Source of the DNA: Acidobacteriota bacterium | GTDB lineage: Bacteria > Acidobacteriota > UBA6911 > RPQK01 > JAJDTT01 | Length of the DNA stretch: 64,000 bases | Assembly: GCA_965217775.1 (NCBI GenBank) | Contig: CBDCJH010000002.1 | Location: 256,001-320,000 of the forward strand | Direction: 5' to 3' | In this document: positions 38,837-49,808 of the stretch, piece after piece | Layout: each line of letters starts with the position of its first letter | Position numbering within the stretch: the stretch's first letter is position 1 | Notes under the pieces: generated by a model | Told to the model about the DNA's origin: nothing | What the model saw: only the letters and a program-made list of their open reading frames with translations | The model's database searches: none | Translations under genes and position numbers: made by a program

Positions 38837-39757
38837 TCAAAATTCCTTGGAATGGCGAATGGCCCAAATCCAGGTCGCTCCCTCTTTTCCTCCCACCAGC
38901 CCATCCCAGGTGGAGTTCAGGTACAGAGTCCGGCCGTCGTAGCCCAGCCAGGGGCAGGTGTCGGTTCCGGGAGTGTTGATCCGCGGACCCATGTTCTGCA
39001 AGGGAGTCCATTGACCGTTGACTCTTCTGCTGATGTAGAGATCCACACTATCGCTTAGCGAATCATTCCTCCGCAGTGGAAGGATGATCGTGGTTTCGTC
39101 GGGATTGACGGCCACGTCGTTTTCGTCGCCGGCGCCGTTGACGACCGGGCCCAGGTTGACGGGCTCTCCCCACCGGTCCCAGCCGGAGCCGATGCGATCA
39201 CTGGTGTAGACGTCGAATCCGCCCTGTCCTCCCGGCCGATTGCTGGAGAAGTACAGTCTTCTCAGGTCCTTGGAGAGCAAGGCTCCGAATTGGACCGTAT
39301 CCGGAAGACTGACGGGAGGACCCAACAATTCGGCTGTGGACCAGGAGCCGTCACGGAAATGGGAGATATAGACGCGCGAGGATTTGCTGAAATCGTCGCT
39401 GCGCAGGAAAACCATGATGCTCCCGTCAGCCGAGAGTTTGGCATCGGCTTCGTGGGACCCGGTGTTGACCTGCGGGCCCGCATTGAAGGGTACGGACCAA
39501 CGCCCGTTCTCCAGGCGGGAGAACCAGATATCGAGCTTTCCCCGACCCTCCGGATGGTCTATTTGAAAGGCCAGAAGCCTCCCGTCTTCGGTCTCACTGG
39601 CACAAAAAGGTTTGGCGTCTTTCTCAAGCGGGATCGAAAGCCTGGATATGGCCAACTCTTCATTCTGGCCGTGAACGGCTGTTTCCAGGCTCAGCACCTG
39701 GAAAGCGACCAATCCCGATGTGATCGCGGCCGAGCAAAGCAATCGCAAATACGGCAT
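38837..39757 (-). CDS. PD40 (WD40-like) repeat protein
   Basis: LYFSSNRPGGQGGFDVY and PVNLGPVVN repeats; signal peptide. Confidence 0.85.
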   Translation of the reverse strand: MPYLRLLCSAAITSGLVAFQVLSLETAVHGQNEELAISRLSIPLEKDAKPFCASETEDGRLLAFQIDHPEGRGKLDIWFSRLENGRWSVPFNAGPQVNTGSHEADAKLSADGSIMVFLRSDDFSKSSRVYISHFRDGSWSTAELLGPPVSLPDTVQFGALLSKDLRRLYFSSNRPGGQGGFDVYTSDRIGSGWDRWGEPVNLGPVVNGAGDENDVAVNPDETTIILPLRRNDSLSDSVDLYISRRVNGQWTPLQNMGPRINTPGTDTCPWLGYDGRTLYLNSTWDGLVGGKEGATWIWAIRHSKEF

Positions 39758-39807
39758 CCGATGGTCCCCCCTTTTCGGCCCGAGGATTTTTCTCCTGTTT
39801 CAACGCC

Positions 39808-41355
39808 TTAGGGACGTGAATACTTGGCCTTTGCCTTGAGTTCTTGGAATCTCCTGAGATGATCTTCTGCCTTCTGGTGCTGCTGGAGCCTCTTGTAGAG
39901 GAGCCCGAGACGATAGTGGACTTCCTCCTCGAGCGGTTGGAGCTTGGAGCTCAGCTCGTATTCCCGGCTTGCCTCCTCCAGTCTTCCGTGCCTTTCCAGC
40001 ACCTTTCCCAGGATGAAACGGCAGGCGGCATCGTTGGCATCGACTGCGATGCCCCGCTGAGCCATCAGGAGCGCCGGCTCAAGCTGGTTGTGGCGTTCCA
40101 GAGCCGTGGCATAGACGTAATAGAGGAAAGGGTCTCTTGAATTAAGACTCAGGGCCTGCACATAGGCCTCCACCGCCTCGTCATAGGCGCCCAACTCCAG
40201 TTGGCTGTTCCCCAGGGCAAGATATGCGGCATAGAAATCGGGTCTGTTTTTCACCGCCGACGCCGAGGCGTCCCGGGCCTCCTCGAAACGATTTGCGGCA
40301 TGATGACTTCGGGCCTGGGTCAGAAGCAGATCCGGATCGTCCGGGAATCGGACAATTGCATATCCGAGAAGATCCCTGGCCAGCGGAAACAGGTTCTCCT
40401 TCAGCAGCTCCATTGAAATATCGAAGAGAAACTTCGGTTCGCTGGCCGTCGCAGGCATTCCCCGCTTGAGGGTATTGGAAGCCTCCGCCTCTTTCCCCTG
40501 CTTCAGGTGAGCGACGCTCAAGAGTCCATAAAGTTTCAGGGGCATTTTCGCGCCGCCGCGGGTGTACGGTTCCAGCAGCAGCACGACTCGTAAATAGTCC
40601 GCCTCCAGGTAGCAGGCATAGGCCAGCCAATAGTTCACCGGGAACGAGGACTCTCGCCTCCGGACCAGTTCGAACTCGGCGATGGCTTCGGAAGCCAGAC
40701 CGCGTTCGAGCATCCACTTGCCCACGCGCGTATGGATGACGGTATCGGCAGGCAGGATCCGTCTGAGCCGAGTAGCCAGGGGAACGGCCTCACGTGTCCG
40801 TCCCAGGTCGAGGTAGATTTCGACCAGGTAGACGAGTATCGCAGGGTCTCCCGGTCGCAGATGATGAGCACGCTCGAGAGCCGCCAGGGCGCGGGGCAAG
40901 TTGGCCTTCTTGAGATAGAGCAGGCCCAGGTTGTAGAAGGCGGCGGCCCGGTCAGGGTCCAGCTTGGTCACCTGCTCGAACTGCTCGATCGCCTTCTCCT
41001 GGTTGTCCAGACGCAGGTAGGTGACGCCCAGGTCGTTGTAGGCTCTCAAATCTCCGGGTTTCAACTCGAGAACACGCTCGAATTCGTGCACGGCTTCGGC
41101 ATAGCGCTTCATTCTCGAATAGACCATGCCCAAGCCACCGTGCAGGGAGGGTTCATCGGGGTACCTGTCGAGCAGAGCCCGGAAGGCTTTTTCGGCGTCT
41201 GCGAGTTTGCCTTCCTGGAGCAGGCGAAAAGCCTGCTGCGGATTCTGCCCGGCAACCTCGCCCTGCAGGAAAAGACCCACCAGCAGGATGGTCAGTAGGC
41301 GAGAACCCGGGATGTAGCGGGCCTGGCGGAAAGTGCCCTTCTGCTTCAGCCTCAA
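39808..41355 (-). CDS. Tetratricopeptide repeat protein
   Basis: Tandem TPR units directly downstream of a CRTAC1 gene. Start uncertain (TTG chosen). Confidence 0.85.
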   Translation of the reverse strand: MRLKQKGTFRQARYIPGSRLLTILLVGLFLQGEVAGQNPQQAFRLLQEGKLADAEKAFRALLDRYPDEPSLHGGLGMVYSRMKRYAEAVHEFERVLELKPGDLRAYNDLGVTYLRLDNQEKAIEQFEQVTKLDPDRAAAFYNLGLLYLKKANLPRALAALERAHHLRPGDPAILVYLVEIYLDLGRTREAVPLATRLRRILPADTVIHTRVGKWMLERGLASEAIAEFELVRRRESSFPVNYWLAYACYLEADYLRVVLLLEPYTRGGAKMPLKLYGLLSVAHLKQGKEAEASNTLKRGMPATASEPKFLFDISMELLKENLFPLARDLLGYAIVRFPDDPDLLLTQARSHHAANRFEEARDASASAVKNRPDFYAAYLALGNSQLELGAYDEAVEAYVQALSLNSRDPFLYYVYATALERHNQLEPALLMAQRGIAVDANDAACRFILGKVLERHGRLEEASREYELSSKLQPLEEEVHYRLGLLYKRLQQHQKAEDHLRRFQELKAKAKYSRP

Positions 41356-41365
41356 GGTGCCGGCC

Positions 41366-43081
41366 TCAGTTTTTCTCAGCCTCAATCCCGATGCCTTCCC
41401 TGATGGTGAGGAACTGATTGGCTGCGACCCCGGCGAATTTTTCCACCGACCCATCGGGCCATCGGACTTCCACATCCGTCTTGCTTGCGGTCCCCAAACC
41501 GAAATGCAGTCTCAGGTCGCTTTGTGAAGCGTAAGTCCCGCCACTGCGCACTTCCTTGATCAGTCGTCGGCCTCCGCCCGCGACCACTGAAATTCGCGTG
41601 CCGATCGCACTCCGGTTCGAGCGGTTGCCAATGGCCGACAATACGATCCAATTCCCATGTGGTCCGAAGTTCTTATAGAGGCTGGGCCTCCCGTTCTCGT
41701 TGTTCACCAGGATTTCGAGCGTCCCATCGTTGTCGAAGTCTCCGAGAGCAATGCCCCGGCTGGTCTGTGGCTGCAGTAAATCCGCTCCGGATGACGCGGT
41801 GACGTCTACAAAAGTGCTCCTGCCCGTGTTCCGGTAAAGGACTTTCCGCTGCCTGTACCGGGACCGAAATCCGTGGCCGTCGATTTCCGGGTAGACGTGA
41901 CCATTGGCGATGAAGATGTCGTCGAAACCATCCTGATCGTAATCAAGAAAGCCGACTCCCCAGCCCAGATATGCCAGATTCACTCCCAACCCGGCTTCAA
42001 ACGTAGCGTCACTGAAGGTGCCGTCGCCATGGTTCTTGTATAGACTCGATTTGTCGTCGGAAAAATTCGTCTTCACGATGTCCAGATCACCGTCGTTGTC
42101 GTAATCACCGGCATCGACGCCCATGCCGGCCTGCTCTTTTCCATCGCCGCTGTAGGCCACTCCTGCCAGCAGACCCATCTCGGAGAAGGTTCCGTCACGA
42201 TCGTTGCGAAACAGAAGATTGGGTGTCGAGTCGCAAGCGACGTAGACGTCGGGCCAGCCGTCGTTGTCATAATCCGCCACCAAAACCCCTAGTCCGTATC
42301 TTTCACCGGCGGCGGTGATCCCGGCCGGTTCGCTCACATCGGTAAATGTCCCATCGCCTTCGTTCCGATAGAGATTCGAGGGCAGGCCCTTCAGACCTCG
42401 AGGACCGCACATGACGGGAATCCCCTTCCACAGGCAGTTGGAATTCTCTCCGGGACGGGGAGCGGACTCCGGATCGAAATCGATGTAGTTGGTGACGAAA
42501 AGGTCGAGGTCCGAATCCCGGTCGTAGTCCAGGAACGAGCAACTCACGCCCCACAATCTGTGCTTTGTGTACAGCCCCGCCTTCCGCGTGACATCCAGAA
42601 AGGAGCCCTCTCCGGTGTTGCGGTAAAGCACATTATGTCCGTAGTAAGTCAGGTAGAGATCGATCCAGCCGTCATTGTCGTAGTCTCCGGCGCACACTCC
42701 CTGGCCCCAGCCTGATCGCACCAGTCCTGCCTGGCCGGTGACGTCGCTGAACCGGCCATTGCCGTCATTCCGATACAAGCGGTTGGAAGGCTCGGCGCTC
42801 CCCGCGAACCCCTCGCTGCGGCTGGCCGTCATCAGGAAAATGTCGAGGTCGCCGTCGTTGTCGTAATCCAGAAAGGCACAGCCCGCTCCGGTCGTTTCCA
42901 GAATGGTTTCTTTCCGCTCTATTCCTCCCGAATAACAGACGAAATCACCCAGTCCGGCCTCGGCTGCAATATCCACAAAACGGGCCCCGGGAGGGCTTGA
43001 ACCGGACTCTTTTTGCCCCCAGGCGGAGACCCATAGGAAGCAAAGAACCATCGGGATATGGATCGTCTTTTCAAAGCTCAT
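41366..43081 (-). CDS. CRTAC1-family protein (FG-GAP + ASPIC/UnbV)
   Basis: DYDNDG repeats, CLWKGIPVMCGPRGL, SGGTYASQSDLRLHFGLG, VRWPDG. Confidence 0.9.
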   Translation of the reverse strand: MSFEKTIHIPMVLCFLWVSAWGQKESGSSPPGARFVDIAAEAGLGDFVCYSGGIERKETILETTGAGCAFLDYDNDGDLDIFLMTASRSEGFAGSAEPSNRLYRNDGNGRFSDVTGQAGLVRSGWGQGVCAGDYDNDGWIDLYLTYYGHNVLYRNTGEGSFLDVTRKAGLYTKHRLWGVSCSFLDYDRDSDLDLFVTNYIDFDPESAPRPGENSNCLWKGIPVMCGPRGLKGLPSNLYRNEGDGTFTDVSEPAGITAAGERYGLGVLVADYDNDGWPDVYVACDSTPNLLFRNDRDGTFSEMGLLAGVAYSGDGKEQAGMGVDAGDYDNDGDLDIVKTNFSDDKSSLYKNHGDGTFSDATFEAGLGVNLAYLGWGVGFLDYDQDGFDDIFIANGHVYPEIDGHGFRSRYRQRKVLYRNTGRSTFVDVTASSGADLLQPQTSRGIALGDFDNDGTLEILVNNENGRPSLYKNFGPHGNWIVLSAIGNRSNRSAIGTRISVVAGGGRRLIKEVRSGGTYASQSDLRLHFGLGTASKTDVEVRWPDGSVEKFAGVAANQFLTIREGIGIEAEKN

Positions 43082-43257
43082 GCGGGGCGAGCCGATCCAA
43101 TGGCTTGAAAATCCAAGGTACATGCAAGCGTAGCACAGCACCCGAGGTGGTCCTCGGCATTTTTCTTGACCCTTGCCGACGGATTCGTGTACGTTTGTCT
43201 ACGACTGTTGGAATTTTAATTCCACGCCCCCCCGACCCGCCTGTCAAGGAGGACGCG

Positions 43258-46200
43258 ATGATGCAGACTTCTCTCTTTTCTGCCAAGAAAACCCTTCTGC
43301 TTTTTGTTCTGCTGGTGTTTGCCACCGCCGGTGCCCAAGGCCAGGTCAAGAGCACCATCTCGGGGACGATCAAGGATGACACCGGCGGGGTGGTGCCCGG
43401 CGTCGACGTAACAGCCACCCATCTGGGGACCAATATCACCCGTTCGGTGGTTACGGGCGATACGGGTGGTTACGAAATTCCTTTTTTGGATCCTGGAATC
43501 TATCGAGTTTCGGCTGAGATGGCCGGATTCAAGACGGCTGTCGAACCGGGTGCCGAACTGGACCTTGCCACCAAGCTTCGCGTCGATTTGACGCTGCAGG
43601 TGGGTGAGATCGGGGAGGAGGTGGAAGTCCGGGCCGCGGTGCCGCTGGTCGAGACCGAGCACTCGGAAGTTGGGGGGACGATCAAAGAAGAGCAGATGCG
43701 CCAGTTGCCGCTGTTGACCCGCAACTACCAGGCATTGGCGACCTTGTTGCCCACCGCTGTCACTCCCGTTCCCAGTGCCACCGGTTACATACCCAACCAG
43801 AACCGCGGTAATTATTATCAGCTTGCCGGTCAGCGGGGAGCTTATACCTCCTACACCATCGACGGAATCGACTCGAATACGGTTTGGATTCAAACCCAGT
43901 CGGCCACTCCGTCCTTGGATTCGCTGCAGGAATTCAAAGTCAAGAGCCATAATTTTTCGGCTGAACAGGGTCGGGGATCGGTCCAGTTCATAACCACGAC
44001 AAAAAGCGGCACCAACGAATTGCGTGGCGCGATCTACAACTACAATCGAAACGACGTCTTCAACGCCAACAGCTTTTTCAGCAATCGCGCCGGGGCGGAT
44101 AAAAACGCATTCAACTACAACCAGTTCGGCGCCAACGTCGGGGGACCCATTCGGGTGCCGGGCTATGATGGCCGAGACCAGACCTTCTTCTTTTTCGCCT
44201 ACGAAGGAACCCGTTTTCGCCAGAGTGCAACCAGCTTCGGGAGATTTCCCGACCCCAGGTGGCTCCAAGGGGATTTCTCCACTCTGGGGAAGACCATTTA
44301 CGATCCCTGGACGACTGTCGAGGATGCAAGTGCGCCGGCGGGATACACCCGGCAGCCCTTCCCGGGAAACCAGATTCCCAGCAACCGTATCAATCCTCAG
44401 GCCAAGACCCTGATCGGTCTAGATCTGATTCCGAGCCCCAACCACGAGGAAGGGACGACGCTGCCTGGAAACAGCAATTTCCTCGGAGCCACGTCGAGCC
44501 CGGAGGATATCAACTTCTGGACCGTGCGCATCGATCACGTCATCTCCGACAGCGATCAGATCTACGGGCGCTACATGGAGTCGATCGACCGCAAGCGAAG
44601 AGGCAACCTGGTGCCTCTCTCCGGCACCAATAACGACAACAACATGCACAATGCGATGATGTCGGAGATCCATACGTTTTCGCCCACCACCGTCAATGAG
44701 CTGCGCGTCGGCTACAACCGGGGAAACTGGTTCGGAGGACAGGACGGATCGGGGGATGTGGACTATTCGTCAGAAGTTTTTGGATTCAAGAACATCGGCG
44801 GCTCTCCGCTCGGTTTTGGACTGCCCAGCTTCGGCTGGAGCAACTACACCCGCGTCGGGCCAACCCCGGACGCACCTTTCGGTGCTCTGAACAACACCTA
44901 CCAGATCTCCGACAACCTGATGACAAGGTATGGGAATCACTCGATCAAACTCGGCTTCGATATCCGGGAGATTCGCATGCGCTGGCTGGCTCAGGCCGGC
45001 ATCCGGGGGAACTTCACCTTCAACGGGATTTTCTCGCAATTCCCGGGAGACACTGCGACGGGAAGTCCGTTCGCGGATTTCATGATGGGACAGGCACAAG
45101 AAACCTGGGGATTAGCCGGCAACGGCACCGGTTACTTCAATCAGAAGCTGTGGGGGTTCTACCTGCAGGATGACTGGAGAGTCTCTTCTGAGCTAACCGT
45201 GAACCTGGGTCTGCGCTACGAGTACTATGAGCCTTGGAATGCGATACGGGGAGATTACTCGGTATTCGATTTTGTGGCTCCTCCGGGAAGCTGTTTTCGG
45301 GATACGACTCCCTGCCCACCCACTCCCCTGGACGCTGCCGAGCCGGGCGAGAGTTACTACAATGCCGACAGAAACAACTGGGGTCCAAGAGTCGGTCTTG
45401 CGTACTCCCCCTTCGGAGACAACAGGACGGTCATTCGCGCCTCGTATGGCATCTTCTACTCTCCTCCCGATGCCACCGACCAGGTCAATGGGGCCCTGAA
45501 TCCGCCTTCCAACGTCCTGCGGTTCATCAACCCCGCGACCTTGTATACCGATCTGGACACCAATGACTTGTCCAAATTGTTCCCGGTTGCCGATATCACT
45601 CGTGCAGATTTTCCCCAGATCACCGGACCCACCTGGCATCCCTCCCTGGCCGGCGCCACCCTGCATTCGGTAACCCGGAAGTTCGACGATGCCATCATCC
45701 AACACTGGCAGTTGACGGTGCAGCGGGAAGTCGTCAGAAACCTGCTGGTTGAAGTGGGTTACGTGGGTTCACACGGATACCATGGCCAGCGCCGCATCAA
45801 TTACAATCAGGCGCACCTGGATCCCCCGGGAGTCACGACATCCTTTCGATCTCGGCTGCCTTATCCGGACCTGTCGAATTTCACCTTCATCATGGAGCAC
45901 AGTGCTCAGAACAATTACAACGCGGGTCTGATGCGCGTGGAACGGAGGTTCGACCGGGGCCTCTCGTTCATCTCCTCTTACACCTTTGCCAGAACGCTTG
46001 ATGATTACGGCAACCTCAACGATGCCACCGGATTCTGGGCCCAAAATTCGTATGACAAGAAGGCCGAGAAGGGCTTATCCCAGTTCCACGCCAAACACCG
46101 GCTGAGCGTCGGGTACATCTGGGAACTTCCGGTGGGTCGCGGCAAACGCTTCGGATCCGGTATGCACCCGGTGATCAATGGAATCTTCGGCGGCTGGCAG

Positions 46201-46644
46201 CTCAGCGGAATCACCACATTCCAGTCCGGGAGCCCCAGGATCATTCGACCGTACCCTCGCGATTTCAGTAACACGGGTCAGTTCTGGTGGGCAACCAGGC
46301 CGAACAAGGTCCGGACGGGCAAGGTGAAAACCTTGAATCCTCGTGCCAACAACTTGCGCTGGTTCGACACAAACTACTTTGCGAATCCGGAGGTGGGAAC
46401 GTTCGGAAATACGGGCCGCGGTGAGGTCTTGGAGCCGGGAATCCGCAACTGGGATCTCAACGTGTCCAAGAGTTTCTACATCGGAGAAACGGCCAGGATA
46501 CAATTCCGTGCCGAATTCTATAACGCCTTCAACCGCGCCCAGTTCTTCGGTTTCGGCAACTCTGTGGGATCGAGCAATTTCGGAATCATCTCCGCAACGC
46601 GTCCGCCGAGGAACATCCAGTTGGGACTTCGCCTGGAATTCTAA
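43258..46644 (+). CDS. TonB-dependent receptor, Oar-like
   Basis: AGGAGG RBS, signal peptide, KSGTNELRG, LQDDWRV..LTVNLGLRYEY, C-terminal PRNIQLGLRLEF. Confidence 0.92.
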   Translation: MMQTSLFSAKKTLLLFVLLVFATAGAQGQVKSTISGTIKDDTGGVVPGVDVTATHLGTNITRSVVTGDTGGYEIPFLDPGIYRVSAEMAGFKTAVEPGAELDLATKLRVDLTLQVGEIGEEVEVRAAVPLVETEHSEVGGTIKEEQMRQLPLLTRNYQALATLLPTAVTPVPSATGYIPNQNRGNYYQLAGQRGAYTSYTIDGIDSNTVWIQTQSATPSLDSLQEFKVKSHNFSAEQGRGSVQFITTTKSGTNELRGAIYNYNRNDVFNANSFFSNRAGADKNAFNYNQFGANVGGPIRVPGYDGRDQTFFFFAYEGTRFRQSATSFGRFPDPRWLQGDFSTLGKTIYDPWTTVEDASAPAGYTRQPFPGNQIPSNRINPQAKTLIGLDLIPSPNHEEGTTLPGNSNFLGATSSPEDINFWTVRIDHVISDSDQIYGRYMESIDRKRRGNLVPLSGTNNDNNMHNAMMSEIHTFSPTTVNELRVGYNRGNWFGGQDGSGDVDYSSEVFGFKNIGGSPLGFGLPSFGWSNYTRVGPTPDAPFGALNNTYQISDNLMTRYGNHSIKLGFDIREIRMRWLAQAGIRGNFTFNGIFSQFPGDTATGSPFADFMMGQAQETWGLAGNGTGYFNQKLWGFYLQDDWRVSSELTVNLGLRYEYYEPWNAIRGDYSVFDFVAPPGSCFRDTTPCPPTPLDAAEPGESYYNADRNNWGPRVGLAYSPFGDNRTVIRASYGIFYSPPDATDQVNGALNPPSNVLRFINPATLYTDLDTNDLSKLFPVADITRADFPQITGPTWHPSLAGATLHSVTRKFDDAIIQHWQLTVQREVVRNLLVEVGYVGSHGYHGQRRINYNQAHLDPPGVTTSFRSRLPYPDLSNFTFIMEHSAQNNYNAGLMRVERRFDRGLSFISSYTFARTLDDYGNLNDATGFWAQNSYDKKAEKGLSQFHAKHRLSVGYIWELPVGRGKRFGSGMHPVINGIFGGWQLSGITTFQSGSPRIIRPYPRDFSNTGQFWWATRPNKVRTGKVKTLNPRANNLRWFDTNYFANPEVGTFGNTGRGEVLEPGIRNWDLNVSKSFYIGETARIQFRAEFYNAFNRAQFFGFGNSVGSSNFGIISATRPPRNIQLGLRLEF

Positions 46645-46667
46645 CCCCACGGAGAGCACTGGGAATG

Positions 46668-46697
46668 AAAAAAGGGGCGGTCTTCCGCCCCTTTTTT
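46668..46697. terminator. Bidirectional rho-independent terminator
   Basis: AAAAAA-GGGGCGG-TCTT-CCGCCCC-TTTTTT between convergent genes. Confidence 0.9.
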
Positions 46698-46713
46698 CGT
46701 GGTCCGCCGGACA

Positions 46714-48351
46714 CTACCAGAGGACCACAAATACAATGTAGCCCGAAGTGCCCAGTACCGCGGCGGCCCAGAGGGCGGGGGATGCCCACCAGGGAACGCC
46801 GCCCTGAAACGGTGACAGGGCAATCTCCCTGACCGTTCCTTGGGAGCGCGCCAGCCAACCGGAGGGCCGAGTTGTCATTGGGGCCGTGCGCTGACCAGGC
46901 GACGGAGACACGACGCCCAGGATCATCGACGCGCACAACATCGCGGCGGCAGTCACGCCGGTCGTCCAAAGGTAAGCCACGAATTTGTCCGTCAACCACA
47001 GCGGAAGGTGCGCTTCGAGCGCGACTACCGACAGTCGGAAGGCGGGTCCGGCGATCAGGCCGACAAGGCCGGCGCGCCTGTCCACTCTTGTCGTTGAGCC
47101 CACCAGGTACACGGTCATCAGAGGGGTCACGAAGACACTGGTGATGCCGACGAAGAACTCCACGATGTTCTGAGCGCGAAGGATAAAGGGTACGTAGAGA
47201 AACGTAATAGCCACGATGAACACGGTGGCCATCCGGCTGACAATCACGTAGTGACGATCGTCCCTGTCGGGTACGAGCAGACGAGCGTAGATGTCACGGG
47301 TGAAGAGCGCAGACAGGGCGACTCCAATTCCTTCGAAGGTACTGACGGCGGACGCGATCATTCCGGCGACGACGATGCCCTTCAGTCCGGAGACGAGGTA
47401 TTGATCGACCAGCCGTGGATAGATCAGGTCCGGGTTGGACAGGCCGGGAACCAGTGCCCGCCCAAGCAGTCCCAGCGAGCTGCTGAAGTAACCCGAGAGA
47501 ATGATCAGCGCGGTGCCCGCGACGACGGACATCTTCAGATCCCACAGGGACCGGGCGCCGAACATCTTCATTGTCTGAGTGTGGTTCACCACAAAATAGC
47601 CGGTGGCAATCAGGCACCATCCGATCACCACCACAACCGGATGACTGCTCGCATCACCCCCGCTTCCAATATGCAGCAACGTCTGTGCTTCTCGCTCACC
47701 GAGCTGCCCGATCAGCGCGGCCTGGGTGCCGGCCCAACCCCCGGCTTCCTGCCAAATGACGGACCAGAGCACCAGAGTCGAGAAAAGCATGAGGGCGCCG
47801 AGCAGAACGTCTGCGGCGGCAACCGTTTTCAATCCGCCCCAGGCGGCGTAAAGAGTCGTTGCCGCGGTCAGCCCGACAATCAGAATCCAAGCGCTGTGGG
47901 AAGGGAGGGCGACCACTTCGGTCAGCATGAGATGCAAGGCCACGGCTATGGTTGCCAGGGTGGCCGTCCGGTACTGGATCTGAACCAGAACGCTGATGAT
48001 CCTCGCCGAGATGCCGAACCGGTGCTCGAGGTATTCCGCGTTGGTGAACAGCCCCGCCCGGTACATGCCCGGCATAACGACGAAGGCAGCAATCATGCCC
48101 CCGACACCGACTCCGAACACAACCCCCGTGAACATCACCAGACCATCCTGGTAGGTCGCGCCGTTGACGGCGACGTATTCGCCGCCGTCAACCGAGGTAG
48201 CGAACATCGAGAGGCCGATCAGCCAGAAGGGCAGGCTGCGTCCGCCCAGAAACCAGTCCACATCTGATCGTGTCTTGAGCGACCGGATGGAGGCGTACCC
48301 GAAGATCAGGAGATTGAGCGCGATCACTATGAACCAGTCGATTCCTGCCAT
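46714..48351 (-). CDS. Sodium:solute symporter (SSS family)
   Basis: FLGGRSLPFWLIGLSMFAT, EYLEHRFG, GGLKTV...D, many TM segments. Confidence 0.9.
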   Translation of the reverse strand: MAGIDWFIVIALNLLIFGYASIRSLKTRSDVDWFLGGRSLPFWLIGLSMFATSVDGGEYVAVNGATYQDGLVMFTGVVFGVGVGGMIAAFVVMPGMYRAGLFTNAEYLEHRFGISARIISVLVQIQYRTATLATIAVALHLMLTEVVALPSHSAWILIVGLTAATTLYAAWGGLKTVAAADVLLGALMLFSTLVLWSVIWQEAGGWAGTQAALIGQLGEREAQTLLHIGSGGDASSHPVVVVIGWCLIATGYFVVNHTQTMKMFGARSLWDLKMSVVAGTALIILSGYFSSSLGLLGRALVPGLSNPDLIYPRLVDQYLVSGLKGIVVAGMIASAVSTFEGIGVALSALFTRDIYARLLVPDRDDRHYVIVSRMATVFIVAITFLYVPFILRAQNIVEFFVGITSVFVTPLMTVYLVGSTTRVDRRAGLVGLIAGPAFRLSVVALEAHLPLWLTDKFVAYLWTTGVTAAAMLCASMILGVVSPSPGQRTAPMTTRPSGWLARSQGTVREIALSPFQGGVPWWASPALWAAAVLGTSGYIVFVVLW

Positions 48352-48480
48352 GTCCCGTCCGTCTCGAACTCGCCGGCCGCGGCGAGGAGATCACGAATTC
48401 GAAGTCAGTATGGGTGTGGTATAAATCTATTTCAAAGCCTTCCAACCTCTGACTGTGACACGGCGAGACATTTTCCAACC

Positions 48481-49791
48481 ATGAAATCTTTTCGTTGTTT
48501 CAAATTCTTCGTACTTATCCTGATCATGGCCGTTTCGGGAACTCTTCCCGGAGGAGCCGCCGGAGACTTTCGGGCCTCCTCCGTGAAGGTGGATATCACC
48601 CCGGAAGAATCTCTCTGGCTATTGGGCTATGGCCCGAGGAAATCCGAGGGTGTGCACGACCGCATCTACCATCGAATCGCTGCCATGGATGACGGGGAGA
48701 TGCAGTTTTTTCTCGTCTCCTCGGATCTGGCCGCCATTTCGCCCGCCTTCTACGAGCAGTTTTGCAGAGAATTGGAGCAGGAGACGGGTATCCGGTCCGA
48801 GCAGGTGTGGTGGACTCTGACTCACACCCACTCGGCTCCCGAGGTGGGCTCGCCGGGCCTCATCATGAGCATGCAGCCTGAGAGGTTCTCGCACGAGCCC
48901 AATCCTGAGTATTCCGAGTCGGTTAAAGCCAGATTGATCGAGGGCATTCGGGAGGCCCGGTCAAGGCTGGAACCGGCGCGGCTGGGAGTGACGACCGGTC
49001 ACTCGATGGCGAACATCAACCGGCGCGCCATCGATGTTGACGGGCGTGCCTCCTATGGGATGAACCCGGAGGGAGCGGTGGACCGCCAGATCGGTCTGAT
49101 TCGGCTGGACCGGTTGGACGGGTCGCCGCTGGGCCTGATTGCCGTTTATGCCATGCACGGGACCGTTCTCGGGGCCGAAAACCTCCTGATCAGCGGAGAT
49201 GCTCAAGGGATTGTGGCCGAGTACGTCGAGGAGAAGGTGGGTGCGCCGATGCTGCACATCAACGGTGCAGCCGGGAACATATCCCCTCTCTACAGTACCT
49301 ATCCGGATTTCAAGAAAGGTCACATTACCCAGTTCAACGTCTTGTTGGGGGATCGAATCCTGCAGGCGAACCGTTCCCTGAAGACCGGCACTTCAAAGGT
49401 CGTCTTGTGGACTGGAGAAAAGGTCATCGAGACTCCCCGCAAGGCCGGCTTCGGCTGGGTCGAGGAACTGGCACACTACCTTCGAGAGACGGAAACCGGA
49501 GTGAGCCTGATTCGCGTACCGGTCCGCTTCCTGAAGATCAACGATGATCTCGTCCTGTGGACGGCGCCGGTCGAGCTGTTCTGCGAGATCGCCATCAACG
49601 TACGCAACCATTCTCCCTTTCCCTACACGTTCTTTGCCGGCTACACGAATGGTTTTCTGGGGTATTTGCCCACCCGGCAGGCGTTCGCCGAAGGCGGTTA
49701 CGAACCCGGCCGCGTCTCACCCTTCACCGAGCAGGTCGAAGACGATTTCACCCAGGGGGTGAGCACCTATCTGCAGGGGATGCCTCGGTAG
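48481..49791 (+). CDS. Neutral/alkaline ceramidase-like protein
   Basis: KVDITP, THTHSAPE, YAMHGT, GAAGN, GYTNGFLGYLPT...EGGYE; signal peptide. Confidence 0.8.
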   Translation: MKSFRCFKFFVLILIMAVSGTLPGGAAGDFRASSVKVDITPEESLWLLGYGPRKSEGVHDRIYHRIAAMDDGEMQFFLVSSDLAAISPAFYEQFCRELEQETGIRSEQVWWTLTHTHSAPEVGSPGLIMSMQPERFSHEPNPEYSESVKARLIEGIREARSRLEPARLGVTTGHSMANINRRAIDVDGRASYGMNPEGAVDRQIGLIRLDRLDGSPLGLIAVYAMHGTVLGAENLLISGDAQGIVAEYVEEKVGAPMLHINGAAGNISPLYSTYPDFKKGHITQFNVLLGDRILQANRSLKTGTSKVVLWTGEKVIETPRKAGFGWVEELAHYLRETETGVSLIRVPVRFLKINDDLVLWTAPVELFCEIAINVRNHSPFPYTFFAGYTNGFLGYLPTRQAFAEGGYEPGRVSPFTEQVEDDFTQGVSTYLQGMPR

Positions 49792-49808
49792 CGACTCTTT
49801 CGGTCAAC

